Below are positions 39,526 through 48,731 of a stretch of 64,000 nucleotides of DNA, piece after piece (positions within the stretch are counted from its first letter, which is position 1; every line of letters starts with the position of its first letter). Made by a program: the position numbers and the translations under genes. Below the pieces are notes generated by a model, which was not told the origin of the DNA, made no database searches, and was given only the letters and a program-made list of their open reading frames with translations. The stretch is from a virus. The DNA is taken from UHGV virus genome UHGV-1362809. One strand, given 5' to 3'.

Positions 39526-39959
39526 TCTAACCCCGTATAACTCAAACGACCTTTTAACAATGCCAAGGCAGTGCCAAGCTTTATTGAAACTTCATCTAAT
39601 GACGCATTTGTGCCACGGTCTTCTGCATCAAAACTATCTAGTTCTTGGTGCAATTCGTTGACTAACTTGTATAAATTACGAGCCATTTGTGTGCTTTCTT
39701 TGGTGGATCTACACTCCATTACAGGAGCTTCAAAATCCTCTGTCTTGAACACATCGTCCACCTCATTAAGCTGTTCACGATGACTTCCCATATAATACTG
39801 TTCCACAACTTGGTCAAACAGTCCTTTAGACCATACGTCAGCGATGCGGTCGAATAATTCATGGTCAGACTCAAACACTACACTGGAAGTTTTCCAATGA
39901 TAGCGTTTAGCACTGATATAAATTGCAAACCACCTGCTTAATACCTCTTTAACAGTCAT
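39522..39959 (-). CDS. Hypothetical protein (145 aa)
   Basis: ORF only. Confidence 0.4.
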   Translation of the reverse strand: MTVKEVLSRWFAIYISAKRYHWKTSSVVFESDHELFDRIADVWSKGLFDQVVEQYYMGSHREQLNEVDDVFKTEDFEAPVMECRSTKESTQMARNLYKLVNELHQELDSFDAEDRGTNASLDEVSIKLGTALALLKGRLSYTGLE

Positions 39960-40048
39960 TTTTTTAACTCCTTTTGTGGTTTCCCGTTTATTTGCAGGGC
40001 TGATAAATACTCTTAGACAGTGTAAATACCAGCCCTACGCTTTACCCT

Positions 40049-40996
40049 TTAATAATTAGAGTCTACTTCATCTAAAGCAGTATGCCAGTTTTCTTCTTCC
40101 AAAATAGATTTAAAAGCTTCTAATTTGCCAGAAGACATTTTCTTTAAGATAGAATCTAAAGCTTTAATACCAGCTACACCAGTAGATGTATCATTAGGAT
40201 CCAACTTTGAATCTAATTTTGTATACTCTTTAAATAAATTTTCAGCCCAAGCTCTATCCTTTGCATTATAATGACAGGTACCTCTATCTTTATACCAGTC
40301 AACTTGTTTCTGCGCCCTTTTAATCTGTGCGTCATTAGGTTTAAAGGACTTAATTTTTTCAATAGCTTTACTGGCGTCATTACTTGGCTTGTCGGCAACC
40401 CCAGCCTTTTTAATAAGATCATTTCTTAGTTTATCAATATCGTAGTCAACTCCATAGGTATCTCCAAACCAATCATACGGAGTATAGTGTCCCATCCCTC
40501 CAAGATCTTCAACAATGCTGTCACTTATATTGTTATCTAGATAGTCTGTAAATTCCTCAAATGCCTTATAGCTTTTCTTTGATCCAGCTTTTGCCCCTTT
40601 ATTTCTCTTTTCTTCTTCAAACATATTCTGTTGAAGCTGTTTCAATTTATCAAAGTCAACGTTTTTAAAAGCACGACATACTTTATTTTTACTATTACCC
40701 AGAATACTTTTTAAGTTCGTAGATGATTTAGAAACAGGTTTAGAAATAGGCTTTACTGCTCCTTTTTGAGTATTACCTTTCTTTTGGTTAAGCATGCGAG
40801 TTTTTAGCATCTTAGCACGTTTCAACCACTTTGGATCTTTACCATACTTAGAATTAGGATGCTCTTTAATATATTTAATTTGTCCAGTAGGAGATAGTGC
40901 CTTAAAGTTTTCTTCCGATAGACCACGAGCAGTCTCCTCATAAGGCATCTTTATACCTGCTAATACCTCTAATCTATTTAAAATTTTGTTAATCAT
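40049..40996 (-). CDS. Paralog family B member (longest; its N-terminus bridges both sub-types)
   Basis: LNRLEVLAGIKMPYEETARGLSEENFKALSPTGQIKYIKEHPNSKYGKDPKWLKRAKMLKTR. Confidence 0.5.
   Translation of the reverse strand: MINKILNRLEVLAGIKMPYEETARGLSEENFKALSPTGQIKYIKEHPNSKYGKDPKWLKRAKMLKTRMLNQKKGNTQKGAVKPISKPVSKSSTNLKSILGNSKNKVCRAFKNVDFDKLKQLQQNMFEEEKRNKGAKAGSKKSYKAFEEFTDYLDNNISDSIVEDLGGMGHYTPYDWFGDTYGVDYDIDKLRNDLIKKAGVADKPSNDASKAIEKIKSFKPNDAQIKRAQKQVDWYKDRGTCHYNAKDRAWAENLFKEYTKLDSKLDPNDTSTGVAGIKALDSILKKMSSGKLEAFKSILEEENWHTALDEVDSNY
40757..40996. repeat. Dispersed direct repeat (5' module of a family B gene)
   Basis: Similar to 36468..36632. Confidence 0.6.
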
Positions 40997-41065
40997 TTTT
41001 CCTCTATTTTAATTAGTCTGATACTGACCCTTCTACATAATTTAGAAGAAGGGTCAGTTAAGAAA

Positions 41066-41878
41066 TTAAACTATAGCAGAAGTATAGTTACCAACGTCAC
41101 CCATGGAGTTACGCTGACGAATTAGGCTTTCCAAACGGTCAAAGAACTCAGGATGATTACCATACAACACACGCATATAGTTAAGCATCTTATCCAAGTT
41201 TTCGGTTTGAATCATAGCAATTTCACCGCATAGGTCAGAGTCACCACTAAAGGCAACGGCTTCAACAACCTGTTTTGGCTCAATTTTAATCGCTGCATTG
41301 GTTTCACGGTCGATAACGATGTCAGAAGACGCCATAATACCGAAGCTTACTTTACCTTCTTTATCATTATAAAATGCAACGTAGTCTTTTTCCATTGGTT
41401 TAATATCTTCAATCATTGAACTTAGAGTGGAAATACTACGGGACTTACGAGCCTGCAGGATTGCATTGTAATCGTCGTCTGATGTTTGAATCAAACGAGC
41501 CTGTTCACCTTCACCTACTTTTTTCCAAATTGAGTTATCTTCTTCGCTCATAAACACGTTAGAAGCAACAACTTTCATTTGTTTGGTGTTGGTTTCATTG
41601 TAGGCTTTTGAAGTAACATTAGCCTTAACAATCATTTTAACGTGCGGTTTGTAGGAAAAGTCTTTAGAATTGTAACGACAAATTGAATTTGGAACAACAC
41701 TCATTTTGTTTTCCGTCAAAGCCGCAATAGCTTCCATGTACTGCTCATTAGAATAGTCACGAGTAGCGTGTGAGGCAATAATTTGGAAGGCGTTACCACC
41801 AACGGGGGTTATTTTCTGAATAGCCAAGTCGCAATCATACGAGGACGCAACTTCTAGTACACTGTCTAATTTATTCAT
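41066..41878 (-). CDS. Hypothetical virion-module protein (270 aa)
   Basis: ORF only. Confidence 0.4.
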   Translation of the reverse strand: MNKLDSVLEVASSYDCDLAIQKITPVGGNAFQIIASHATRDYSNEQYMEAIAALTENKMSVVPNSICRYNSKDFSYKPHVKMIVKANVTSKAYNETNTKQMKVVASNVFMSEEDNSIWKKVGEGEQARLIQTSDDDYNAILQARKSRSISTLSSMIEDIKPMEKDYVAFYNDKEGKVSFGIMASSDIVIDRETNAAIKIEPKQVVEAVAFSGDSDLCGEIAMIQTENLDKMLNYMRVLYGNHPEFFDRLESLIRQRNSMGDVGNYTSAIV

Positions 41879-41939
41879 TTCATTCTCCGAATTGCAATTA
41901 GGAACTTATAGGTTGTGTACACCTATATAATTAAAATTA

Positions 41940-42740
41940 TTAAAAACAACATTTGTTGACATTAGAGCTACTGCTAGGAACAGCCCCATTCACCAAATTA
42001 AACTTAATATCCTTATCAAGTAGTGACTGCATAACAGTTTTTAAATCTACATTGTAAGGAACTAAAACTTTTAACAAACGTGCAGAAGTATGCGATAAAA
42101 AGTTTGGAATATTCATTGTATATCTATCAGACCCCAAACTTGATATGCTACTACTAGCAACAGAATCAACCAAACGAAGACCGTATCGTGCATTTGTCCA
42201 AAAACCTTCAGCAGTTAGGTCAATAAAATTTTGCGGTGTTAAACCGATTCCTTTGCATACATATCTCATTAATTGAAAAGTATGATTTGCTAAAGTAGAA
42301 CCGCCTTCAACAAAAACAGTTTTGCCACTGTTGTTCGTTGTTATGCACTCATCCCCAGAGCAAGTCTTGTCAATTATTTTGGCAAGTTCAAAAGGTTCTT
42401 CTTCGGAACCCGTTTTAACAACTTGGTAAATACCATTCTGGGTAGTGTCAGTCTGTTTTGCAAATAGCACTCTATCTCCCACAACAGGATTAACCTTGTC
42501 TACTACCAAGGAACCATTAACTTTTGCCCTTGCCGTAGTATAGCCCCCTATATATTCCAAATCAAAATTTTTTGTTGTACAGTATTGTACGGGGTCAAAA
42601 TGTGGAAAATTCTCTATATCATAAACACCAATTAACAACAGTCTGCCGTTTACTTCATTTGGATTGGCAACATTAAATCCATCCCAAAACGAATAAATAC
42701 TGGTTGCACTAACGGTGCTATAAAAAACTGGTAATGTCAT
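41940..42740 (-). CDS. Hypothetical virion-module protein (266 aa)
   Basis: ORF only. Confidence 0.4.
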   Translation of the reverse strand: MTLPVFYSTVSATSIYSFWDGFNVANPNEVNGRLLLIGVYDIENFPHFDPVQYCTTKNFDLEYIGGYTTARAKVNGSLVVDKVNPVVGDRVLFAKQTDTTQNGIYQVVKTGSEEEPFELAKIIDKTCSGDECITTNNSGKTVFVEGGSTLANHTFQLMRYVCKGIGLTPQNFIDLTAEGFWTNARYGLRLVDSVASSSISSLGSDRYTMNIPNFLSHTSARLLKVLVPYNVDLKTVMQSLLDKDIKFNLVNGAVPSSSSNVNKCCF

Positions 42741-42761
42741 TTTATATTCCCTATGTTAAAT

Positions 42762-43670
42762 TTATTCTTTATTTACCCAGTCTAGTATTATATGTTGAGG
42801 TATTCCTATGGCTCTTGATAAAATATCAGCTGACTGTTCGGATAAAATTATATCTTCTTTTAAGGAAAGTTTAATACCATCCTTAAATACTTGCACCCTA
42901 AAATACTTTTTAAAAGGAGTAGGTATTTTAGAAGCCACTGTTTTATCTAACCCCTTTATACTCAATCCAGATTTTGTAATTTTACAAGTGCAGTTATTAA
43001 GTTTAGTATCTAATAAACCTTCCTCTAATAAAGAGGCTTTTATATTAGCTAAGGAATAACTACGCAGATCCATATAATTTACAAAAGGAAAAACTAAATT
43101 TTTGTGCAGACTATAGTACTTTTTATTATCCACAGTATATACTAATAAAGATATAACTGGATAGTTGTAGCCTTTTACGTCCACGTCATACATATAATAA
43201 GCACAACAAGAACGATACTTTTTATCTATAATGGTGCATACGTCTATACATTTAATATCTGTACAAATTTGATTTAGTAGTTTTGTTATTGAGTCCTTTT
43301 TTGGCACACAACACTTGGATAAACTATCATTTATCTTTCGCCCGATTATATCTAGAGCTTCAGTTAGCTGAGTTTTTAACTTTTTGTCAGCTTTATTCCT
43401 CGTCGAACTATCGCTCTTAAGACTGTTTAACTGTTGAAGCATAGAATAATACTGAGGAATAAATTCCTGCAACGAATTTAGTAATTGAAAGTACTGTACA
43501 AGATAATCAGGTTTGTAAGTCTTATTAAATGATTTAGCAAATTTAACGTGCCAATCAAGTTTATCTAGCTTTTCATTGTAGGAATCTATCTGTTTTATTA
43601 AAGACACAACAATTTTTAGGGACTTCGTAAGAAATCTCTTCATCTCATGTAAGTCACCAAACTGTTCCAT
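42762..43670 (-). CDS. Hypothetical protein (302 aa)
   Basis: ORF only. Confidence 0.4.
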   Translation of the reverse strand: MEQFGDLHEMKRFLTKSLKIVVSLIKQIDSYNEKLDKLDWHVKFAKSFNKTYKPDYLVQYFQLLNSLQEFIPQYYSMLQQLNSLKSDSSTRNKADKKLKTQLTEALDIIGRKINDSLSKCCVPKKDSITKLLNQICTDIKCIDVCTIIDKKYRSCCAYYMYDVDVKGYNYPVISLLVYTVDNKKYYSLHKNLVFPFVNYMDLRSYSLANIKASLLEEGLLDTKLNNCTCKITKSGLSIKGLDKTVASKIPTPFKKYFRVQVFKDGIKLSLKEDIILSEQSADILSRAIGIPQHIILDWVNKE

Positions 43671-43673
43671 AAA

Positions 43674-44273
43674 CTATTTCAACTCCATTAAGTATTTGTT
43701 TAAATCATTTTCTATCTTTTTAAGAACTTCCTTGATATAAACACCATGGTTTTGCAACAAAGTACTTAGTTTTATATTTAGGCGGTTAGAATCTTTTTTA
43801 TCCAGCTCCAGCTTCCCCCACCGTTTAACGTCCTCTAATTCTTCAGCCAAATTTTGAATTATATACCGAATAGAATTATAAACAATATCATTTTGTATAT
43901 AATCGACTTGCGTACTCAGATCTGAAATGGAACGAATAGCGTCCATTAATTCTACCGCTTTAGTCACAAGTCCTGTGTAGACAAAACTGTTATTACCAAG
44001 AAAAGGATTCTTTAAATAAGTTTTTTCCGCAACAGGTATTAAGGAGATTGTAGTTTTAAGCATTGTATGTAAAGCTTTTAGTGTTACAGCATCAGACTTT
44101 ACGTCAACACCTTTCTTCTTTAATTTTTTGATTAGCTTTTGATAATCACTGTCAAACTGCTTCATTTCTGAAGAAATATCGGAGTACCTTTTTTGCGCAT
44201 TTTCTACTGACTTGTTGCGGTGGTTTTTATGTTTGGCACCTGTATTTTCTTCGCCTAATGCTTTTTTAACCAT
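43674..44273 (-). CDS. Hypothetical protein (199 aa), helical/charged
   Basis: ORF only. Confidence 0.4.
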   Translation of the reverse strand: MVKKALGEENTGAKHKNHRNKSVENAQKRYSDISSEMKQFDSDYQKLIKKLKKKGVDVKSDAVTLKALHTMLKTTISLIPVAEKTYLKNPFLGNNSFVYTGLVTKAVELMDAIRSISDLSTQVDYIQNDIVYNSIRYIIQNLAEELEDVKRWGKLELDKKDSNRLNIKLSTLLQNHGVYIKEVLKKIENDLNKYLMELK

Positions 44274-44441
44274 CGTGTTTCTCCTGTCTAAAGCTGTTGC
44301 AGTTTAAGTATCTCAATAAACTATTTACCTACCTTGAGTTAAATTAAAGGGGAGCAGGTGCTATAGGCATTACAAATACCTGTTCTATAGCCTACCCCCC
44401 CCACTTATAGTACTTGGTACACTTACCTATTCCATTTTTAC

Positions 44442-45113
44442 TTAGTCATAACGCTTTAAATAATGAAGAAGTTTCTCATGGGAACCATTTTTTGCTGATG
44501 CACCACGGGAGCGGGTTGACTTATTATTCATTTCTGGATGTTTATCATAAAGACTTTCATCGTCTTTTGGATATTTTGCGGCTCTTGATCCAAAACCAAA
44601 TAACTTTTTATAAACTTTATTTAGTTTAGCACTGCCCTCTAGATCTTCTGTACCGTATGCAACATTAGACATACCTTTAGATAATAAACCTAATAAAAGA
44701 GCATCATTAAGGTTTTTATTAGAAGAGTCAAACTTTTTAAAGTAAGCTTTAATTTCTCCAACAGATTTATCGTCTAAATCTTTATTTTCGATGTCTTTTA
44801 TTATATCAAAGGCTTTAGACCAAGTTTTGTCATCAAAGTCAAAACCACAACGCTTAAAATCCACTGTTTTTTCAATTTCATCTCTTGTCAAGGGTCTAAA
44901 CTTATTGTTCGTTGGAGTATTTTTAACTTTTTTAACAGGTTTATTAGATTTACCGCCTAAGTCTTTGGCAAAACGAGAATGAGGATGTTCTTTAACATAT
45001 TTCCTACGTTCAGAACTATTCATACCATTCCAAGTACCGTCAGAAATACCACGAGATTCTTCGATTTCAGGTTTAACACCTGCTACTACTTCTAATCTAT
45101 CTAAAGCTTTCAT
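44442..45113 (-). CDS. Paralog family B member
   Basis: MKALDRLEVVAGVKPEIEESRGISDGTWNGM...KYVKEHPHSRFAKD. Confidence 0.5.
   Translation of the reverse strand: MKALDRLEVVAGVKPEIEESRGISDGTWNGMNSSERRKYVKEHPHSRFAKDLGGKSNKPVKKVKNTPTNNKFRPLTRDEIEKTVDFKRCGFDFDDKTWSKAFDIIKDIENKDLDDKSVGEIKAYFKKFDSSNKNLNDALLLGLLSKGMSNVAYGTEDLEGSAKLNKVYKKLFGFGSRAAKYPKDDESLYDKHPEMNNKSTRSRGASAKNGSHEKLLHYLKRYD
44949..45113. repeat. Dispersed direct repeat (5' module of a family B gene)
   Basis: Similar to 36907..37071. Confidence 0.7.
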
Positions 45114-45252
45114 TTTAAGTCCTTTGCATAAAAATCTATTTTATGTTATTATATATTACCGCAACACTTGCACCTATACTTTAAATTATCGTGCGAACCT
45201 TCGTAGAAACCATTTATGTAATTATAAATTTTACAGACTTCCGACCATAAAA

Positions 45253-46038
45253 TCAAAATAATTTACTTAAATCCCTAAACATAGGTATATTCTTTTCGTT
45301 GGTAGCCATTAGGAACGCAGGAGAAGAAACACTGGAATTCTCAAAGGGAAGAATGTTGTGAGTGTTCCAACAGGCGAGTTTTCCATCAATTATTTTGTAC
45401 GTTGGATCTCCCTTTACAATATGTTCGCATCCTCCCTTTTTAAGACTTGCTCCACAAATACTGCAAGTATAGTCTTCGCAGTAGGCACCCATTGATGTGC
45501 CAGGACGTTTTCCTGACAGAATCTCATTAACCAAAATTGGGTCTTTGGTACGGTCAAACCCAGTCAAAAGTATAACTTTCCATAAATTGCCTTTAAACCC
45601 TTTTAACGGACGCATAACAGCATCAAAAATAACACCTTTGGCTTTTGTAAAGTCTTTATTTTGGTGTTCCGCATAACTTGGTTTGCCTCTCCAACCCTTG
45701 TAAGCAATCATACCAATATCAGTATTAAAATCTGTCAGGGAAGAAAAAGGAAAGGCAACGTTATTACGATTTGGCAAATCGCTGTACATGCAGATTGTAC
45801 TAAGTACAACGTAGTCAGTAACATTAGGAGAAATGCAGTATTTTTCAGCGGCAAATGGTAACCACTGCTGGACATCAATAATGGAGCCTTTTACCTGTTC
45901 GTGTTCCTCTAAATCGTTAGAAAGAACCTCTAACTTACCTTGTTTTATTACTTGGTGCATTTCAATAGTAGAGGAAGCGTGTTGACAATCACAATGTACC
46001 TCGTACAATCCGTCGCTGTTTAGATCAAAACAACCCAT
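45253..46038 (-). CDS. Hypothetical Cys-rich protein (261 aa)
   Basis: ORF only. Candidate head-maturation protein by position alone, with no motif support. Confidence 0.4.
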   Translation of the reverse strand: MGCFDLNSDGLYEVHCDCQHASSTIEMHQVIKQGKLEVLSNDLEEHEQVKGSIIDVQQWLPFAAEKYCISPNVTDYVVLSTICMYSDLPNRNNVAFPFSSLTDFNTDIGMIAYKGWRGKPSYAEHQNKDFTKAKGVIFDAVMRPLKGFKGNLWKVILLTGFDRTKDPILVNEILSGKRPGTSMGAYCEDYTCSICGASLKKGGCEHIVKGDPTYKIIDGKLACWNTHNILPFENSSVSSPAFLMATNEKNIPMFRDLSKLF

Positions 46039-46057
46039 GTTATTCTCCTATAAACTT

Positions 46058-47416
46058 TTATAATCTTAACATACCTTTAGAAAATCGTTTGGCTTTACCG
46101 TATTTATTCAACCAGTCTTGCACCTGTTCAAACGACCAAAACTCGATATACCTTAAATTATTGTCGGATGCAGTCTTACGTTTTAGTGGATCTCGTGATG
46201 TCCATACCTGTATTGCGTTAGAGTAATAAGTAGTATCCTTATCCACCCAGCTTTGTAGTTGTAATTTGTGAGATTTCTTACGTGGATTATAAGGCTCCCC
46301 ACCGTGAGTCCAACTACCATTATATTCTATGTACAAATCAAACTTTGGTAGATAAAAATCACAACTAAAAGGATATAAATCGGAACGGTACTGTCTTTTT
46401 ACCTGTCTCTTACCAAAACATTTACACAATAGTTTGTACATATCTTCTTCTGGTTGAGAAGTATTAAATGTACCATTTTTACGTTTTGTAGCGTTAGATT
46501 TATACTGATACTCTTCAGTTTTACAATAATTTGTTACACCATATCTTTCTAAGCAAGTTTTTATAGCCTTAGGTTTATTGTTATAATTCTCATCGCCATA
46601 ACGTTGTAGTTTAGTTTGTTTACTCTTTTCCAACAAGTCTTCGTTTTGATAAGGATATTTTACACCATACCGTTCAAAATTTGTAGCCTCTATTCTATCT
46701 ATAAAATTTTCTGTTTTAGAATAATGGTCTTCTCCATACCTATTTTTACAAGTTTGTTGTCGTCTTACCTGTATGTCCTGTTTAAAGTTTTTATCCTTTT
46801 TACAGTGGTTTTTATATGAGTTTAGGCATTTATTCTTAAACTCCTCAACGTGCATAGCACAATCAGCACCATACTTGTCTAATAATGTCTGTTTAGCCTT
46901 TTCATGATTTGTAAAAGTGGCGTCACCATATTTAGACTTTTTGGTTTTTCTACTCTGCTTTTTAAACTGCTTAGTTTTGAAATAGTTATCAGTACCAAAA
47001 TGATCTTGACAGGTTTTCTTATACTTGTCACGAGTGGATTTCAACTGAGCAGGATGTTTTACCCCATACCTTTCTAAACAAAGTTCTTCTCGTCTTGATT
47101 TGGTGTAGTACAAGGAACAACTAACACTACAGCACTCCCTGTATCCTTGTGAAACGTCCATTAATTTATTTCTTTTACCACAATAAGGGCAAAACAATGA
47201 ATCCGCAAAGTTTTTGTCATTTCTATGACGTAAAAAGTACACAAACTCCGACATTGAAAATAAATTCGGAAACTTTAAAGAAAAGGACTTATAATGGTCT
47301 TTATTTACTTTTTGTCTTGATGCGTATTGAACGTCTATAAAGTCCTTGTACCTATTTTTAGCAAACTTTATAGCCCTTTTTACATCTTTCTTTGTATAGT
47401 CTTTCCAATCTTTCAT
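46058..47416 (-). CDS. Free-standing homing-endonuclease-like protein: N-terminal zinc ribbon, about seven ~30-aa L.RYG repeats, and a C-terminal Vsr/DUF559-like PD-(D/E)xK nuclease motif
   Basis: CPYCGKRNK...CCSVSC. The repeats are LERYGVKHP, LDKYGADCA, KNRYGEDHY, FERYGVKYP, LQRYGDENY, LERYGVTNY. C-terminal SCDFYLPKFDLYIEYNGSWTHG resembles D...(n)hIE.nG..wH. Confidence 0.5.
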   Translation of the reverse strand: MKDWKDYTKKDVKRAIKFAKNRYKDFIDVQYASRQKVNKDHYKSFSLKFPNLFSMSEFVYFLRHRNDKNFADSLFCPYCGKRNKLMDVSQGYRECCSVSCSLYYTKSRREELCLERYGVKHPAQLKSTRDKYKKTCQDHFGTDNYFKTKQFKKQSRKTKKSKYGDATFTNHEKAKQTLLDKYGADCAMHVEEFKNKCLNSYKNHCKKDKNFKQDIQVRRQQTCKNRYGEDHYSKTENFIDRIEATNFERYGVKYPYQNEDLLEKSKQTKLQRYGDENYNNKPKAIKTCLERYGVTNYCKTEEYQYKSNATKRKNGTFNTSQPEEDMYKLLCKCFGKRQVKRQYRSDLYPFSCDFYLPKFDLYIEYNGSWTHGGEPYNPRKKSHKLQLQSWVDKDTTYYSNAIQVWTSRDPLKRKTASDNNLRYIEFWSFEQVQDWLNKYGKAKRFSKGMLRL

Positions 47417-47533
47417 TTCATAGCCTTACCGTAACAAGGCGGTAAACAAACCTGTATTTTGTGTTACGGCACAAAAAGGTTAATTACTCCTTTTTAACAG
47501 ATTTGTTTACCATTAAACATTAGTAATTAGAGT

Positions 47534-47809
47534 CTAACAGTATTGCCTTACTCTATCATACACATCTACAACATCAAGACCAAGGGTGGCACAGTCATCG
47601 GCAAAGTCGTCGTCATCATTCAACACATTACCTTTATTATCTAATAGCACAACGGAGGATAACATGCTATTAATTTTTAAAATACCCAGCCAAACTGTGC
47701 CATAAAATCTAAATTGTATGAATCCTTTTTCACGTTCCCAAACAATTTCTTTTGGTTCGTCCTTTGACGTATTAAGGGCAAATGCCAATAACCTATCTAA
47801 CTCTTTCAT
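47534..47809 (-). CDS. Small hypothetical protein (91 aa after start revision)
   Basis: The listed start at 47854 is GTG inside the endolysin 3' end. An in-frame ATG at 47809 (MKELDRLL) follows a GGCGGTG-like RBS. Confidence 0.3.
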   Translation of the reverse strand: MKELDRLLAFALNTSKDEPKEIVWEREKGFIQFRFYGTVWLGILKINSMLSSVVLLDNKGNVLNDDDDFADDCATLGLDVVDVYDRVRQYC

Positions 47810-47843
47810 TATACACCGCCTAATAAATTTTTTTGTATGGACT

Positions 47844-48731
47844 TTAATTTCCACAATTAACCAACTTACGCCATTCCGTCAATTCATAATGAGGTTTATC
47901 CTTAAAGGACGTAAAATCCCCACCCCAAGTTAGCTTTACACCAAATTGCAAACAAATTTCTTGTACAATTTCGTGCAATTCCTCCCATTCAGGACTTTCA
48001 TCATCCCATACCTTTACACCGTCTACTTCCTTAGTAGGAATAGGATACGGTACAACGTCAACTGCCAAACTTGGTTTGTAGTTGTGGGCACTTTCACCAA
48101 AGGAGGCTTTACTATTACCCTTATTTTTAGCCTCTTCCTGAGCCTGCTCCCCTCTATAACCTTCCAAAATAGATATATCTTTATAGAATAACACTTCCTT
48201 AAATACATCTATTAAAGGTTTATGACAGGTAGATAGTATTCTACTACTTTTTTCACTCAATTTATAGGGCGTATTTCTACGATTACACACAAGAAGTCTC
48301 CTAATAATATCTTTATCTTTTATAAAATGTAAATCTATGTCAACGTCCATCGGGTGAGACATAAACGCACCATATTTGTCTAAGTATTGCTCTATATAAG
48401 GTTTATATTGATTATACAAACCAACACAATCCTTTCTAAAGGCAATAGGATCATATATACAAACTTCCCCGTTGTTGTCTAAAACAGAAGATAGTGCTTG
48501 TGCGTCTTTAACACTGTACTTGTATATAAGTTTTTTAAGTTCCTCTTTGTATTCATTAAACTTGATTGCCATACAGTCATTAAAAATTAAGTCCTGTATA
48601 CGAGTCAAAGCCTGTCTAAGTGTTTCACACACCATACTGTATTGAATAGCAATAGAAGGATCTGATTCTTCATATTTTTTTGGCTCTAATACTTCGAGCA
48701 TTTTTATTATTAAATTGCCTGTTAGTTTCAT
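47844..48731 (-). CDS. Endolysin, peptidase M15 (L-alanyl-D-glutamate peptidase / VanY-like zinc peptidase)
   Basis: SAHNYKPSLAVDV (H..6..D zinc motif) and DKPHYEL (D..H.E) are present. Adjacent to the spanin genes. Confidence 0.6.
   Translation of the reverse strand: MKLTGNLIIKMLEVLEPKKYEESDPSIAIQYSMVCETLRQALTRIQDLIFNDCMAIKFNEYKEELKKLIYKYSVKDAQALSSVLDNNGEVCIYDPIAFRKDCVGLYNQYKPYIEQYLDKYGAFMSHPMDVDIDLHFIKDKDIIRRLLVCNRRNTPYKLSEKSSRILSTCHKPLIDVFKEVLFYKDISILEGYRGEQAQEEAKNKGNSKASFGESAHNYKPSLAVDVVPYPIPTKEVDGVKVWDDESPEWEELHEIVQEICLQFGVKLTWGGDFTSFKDKPHYELTEWRKLVNCGN

Noticed and set aside
37083-42740. Calling a major capsid protein, scaffold or sheath among the 375/270/266-aa ORFs
   Set aside because: No recognisable HK97-fold or sheath signature by eye. 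It would need HHpred, so the ORFs are left as virion-module hypotheticals.
44274-44441. Possible tRNA or ncRNA in a 168-nt intergenic region with a C8 run and a 7-bp stem
   Set aside because: No cloverleaf, no conserved T-loop (GTTCRA) or anticodon-arm geometry. More likely a promoter or leader region.
45253-46038. Prohead protease assignment for the 261-aa Cys-rich protein
   Set aside because: It was suggested only by its position next to a family B gene. I could not identify a Ser/His catalytic signature, so it is left as hypothetical.
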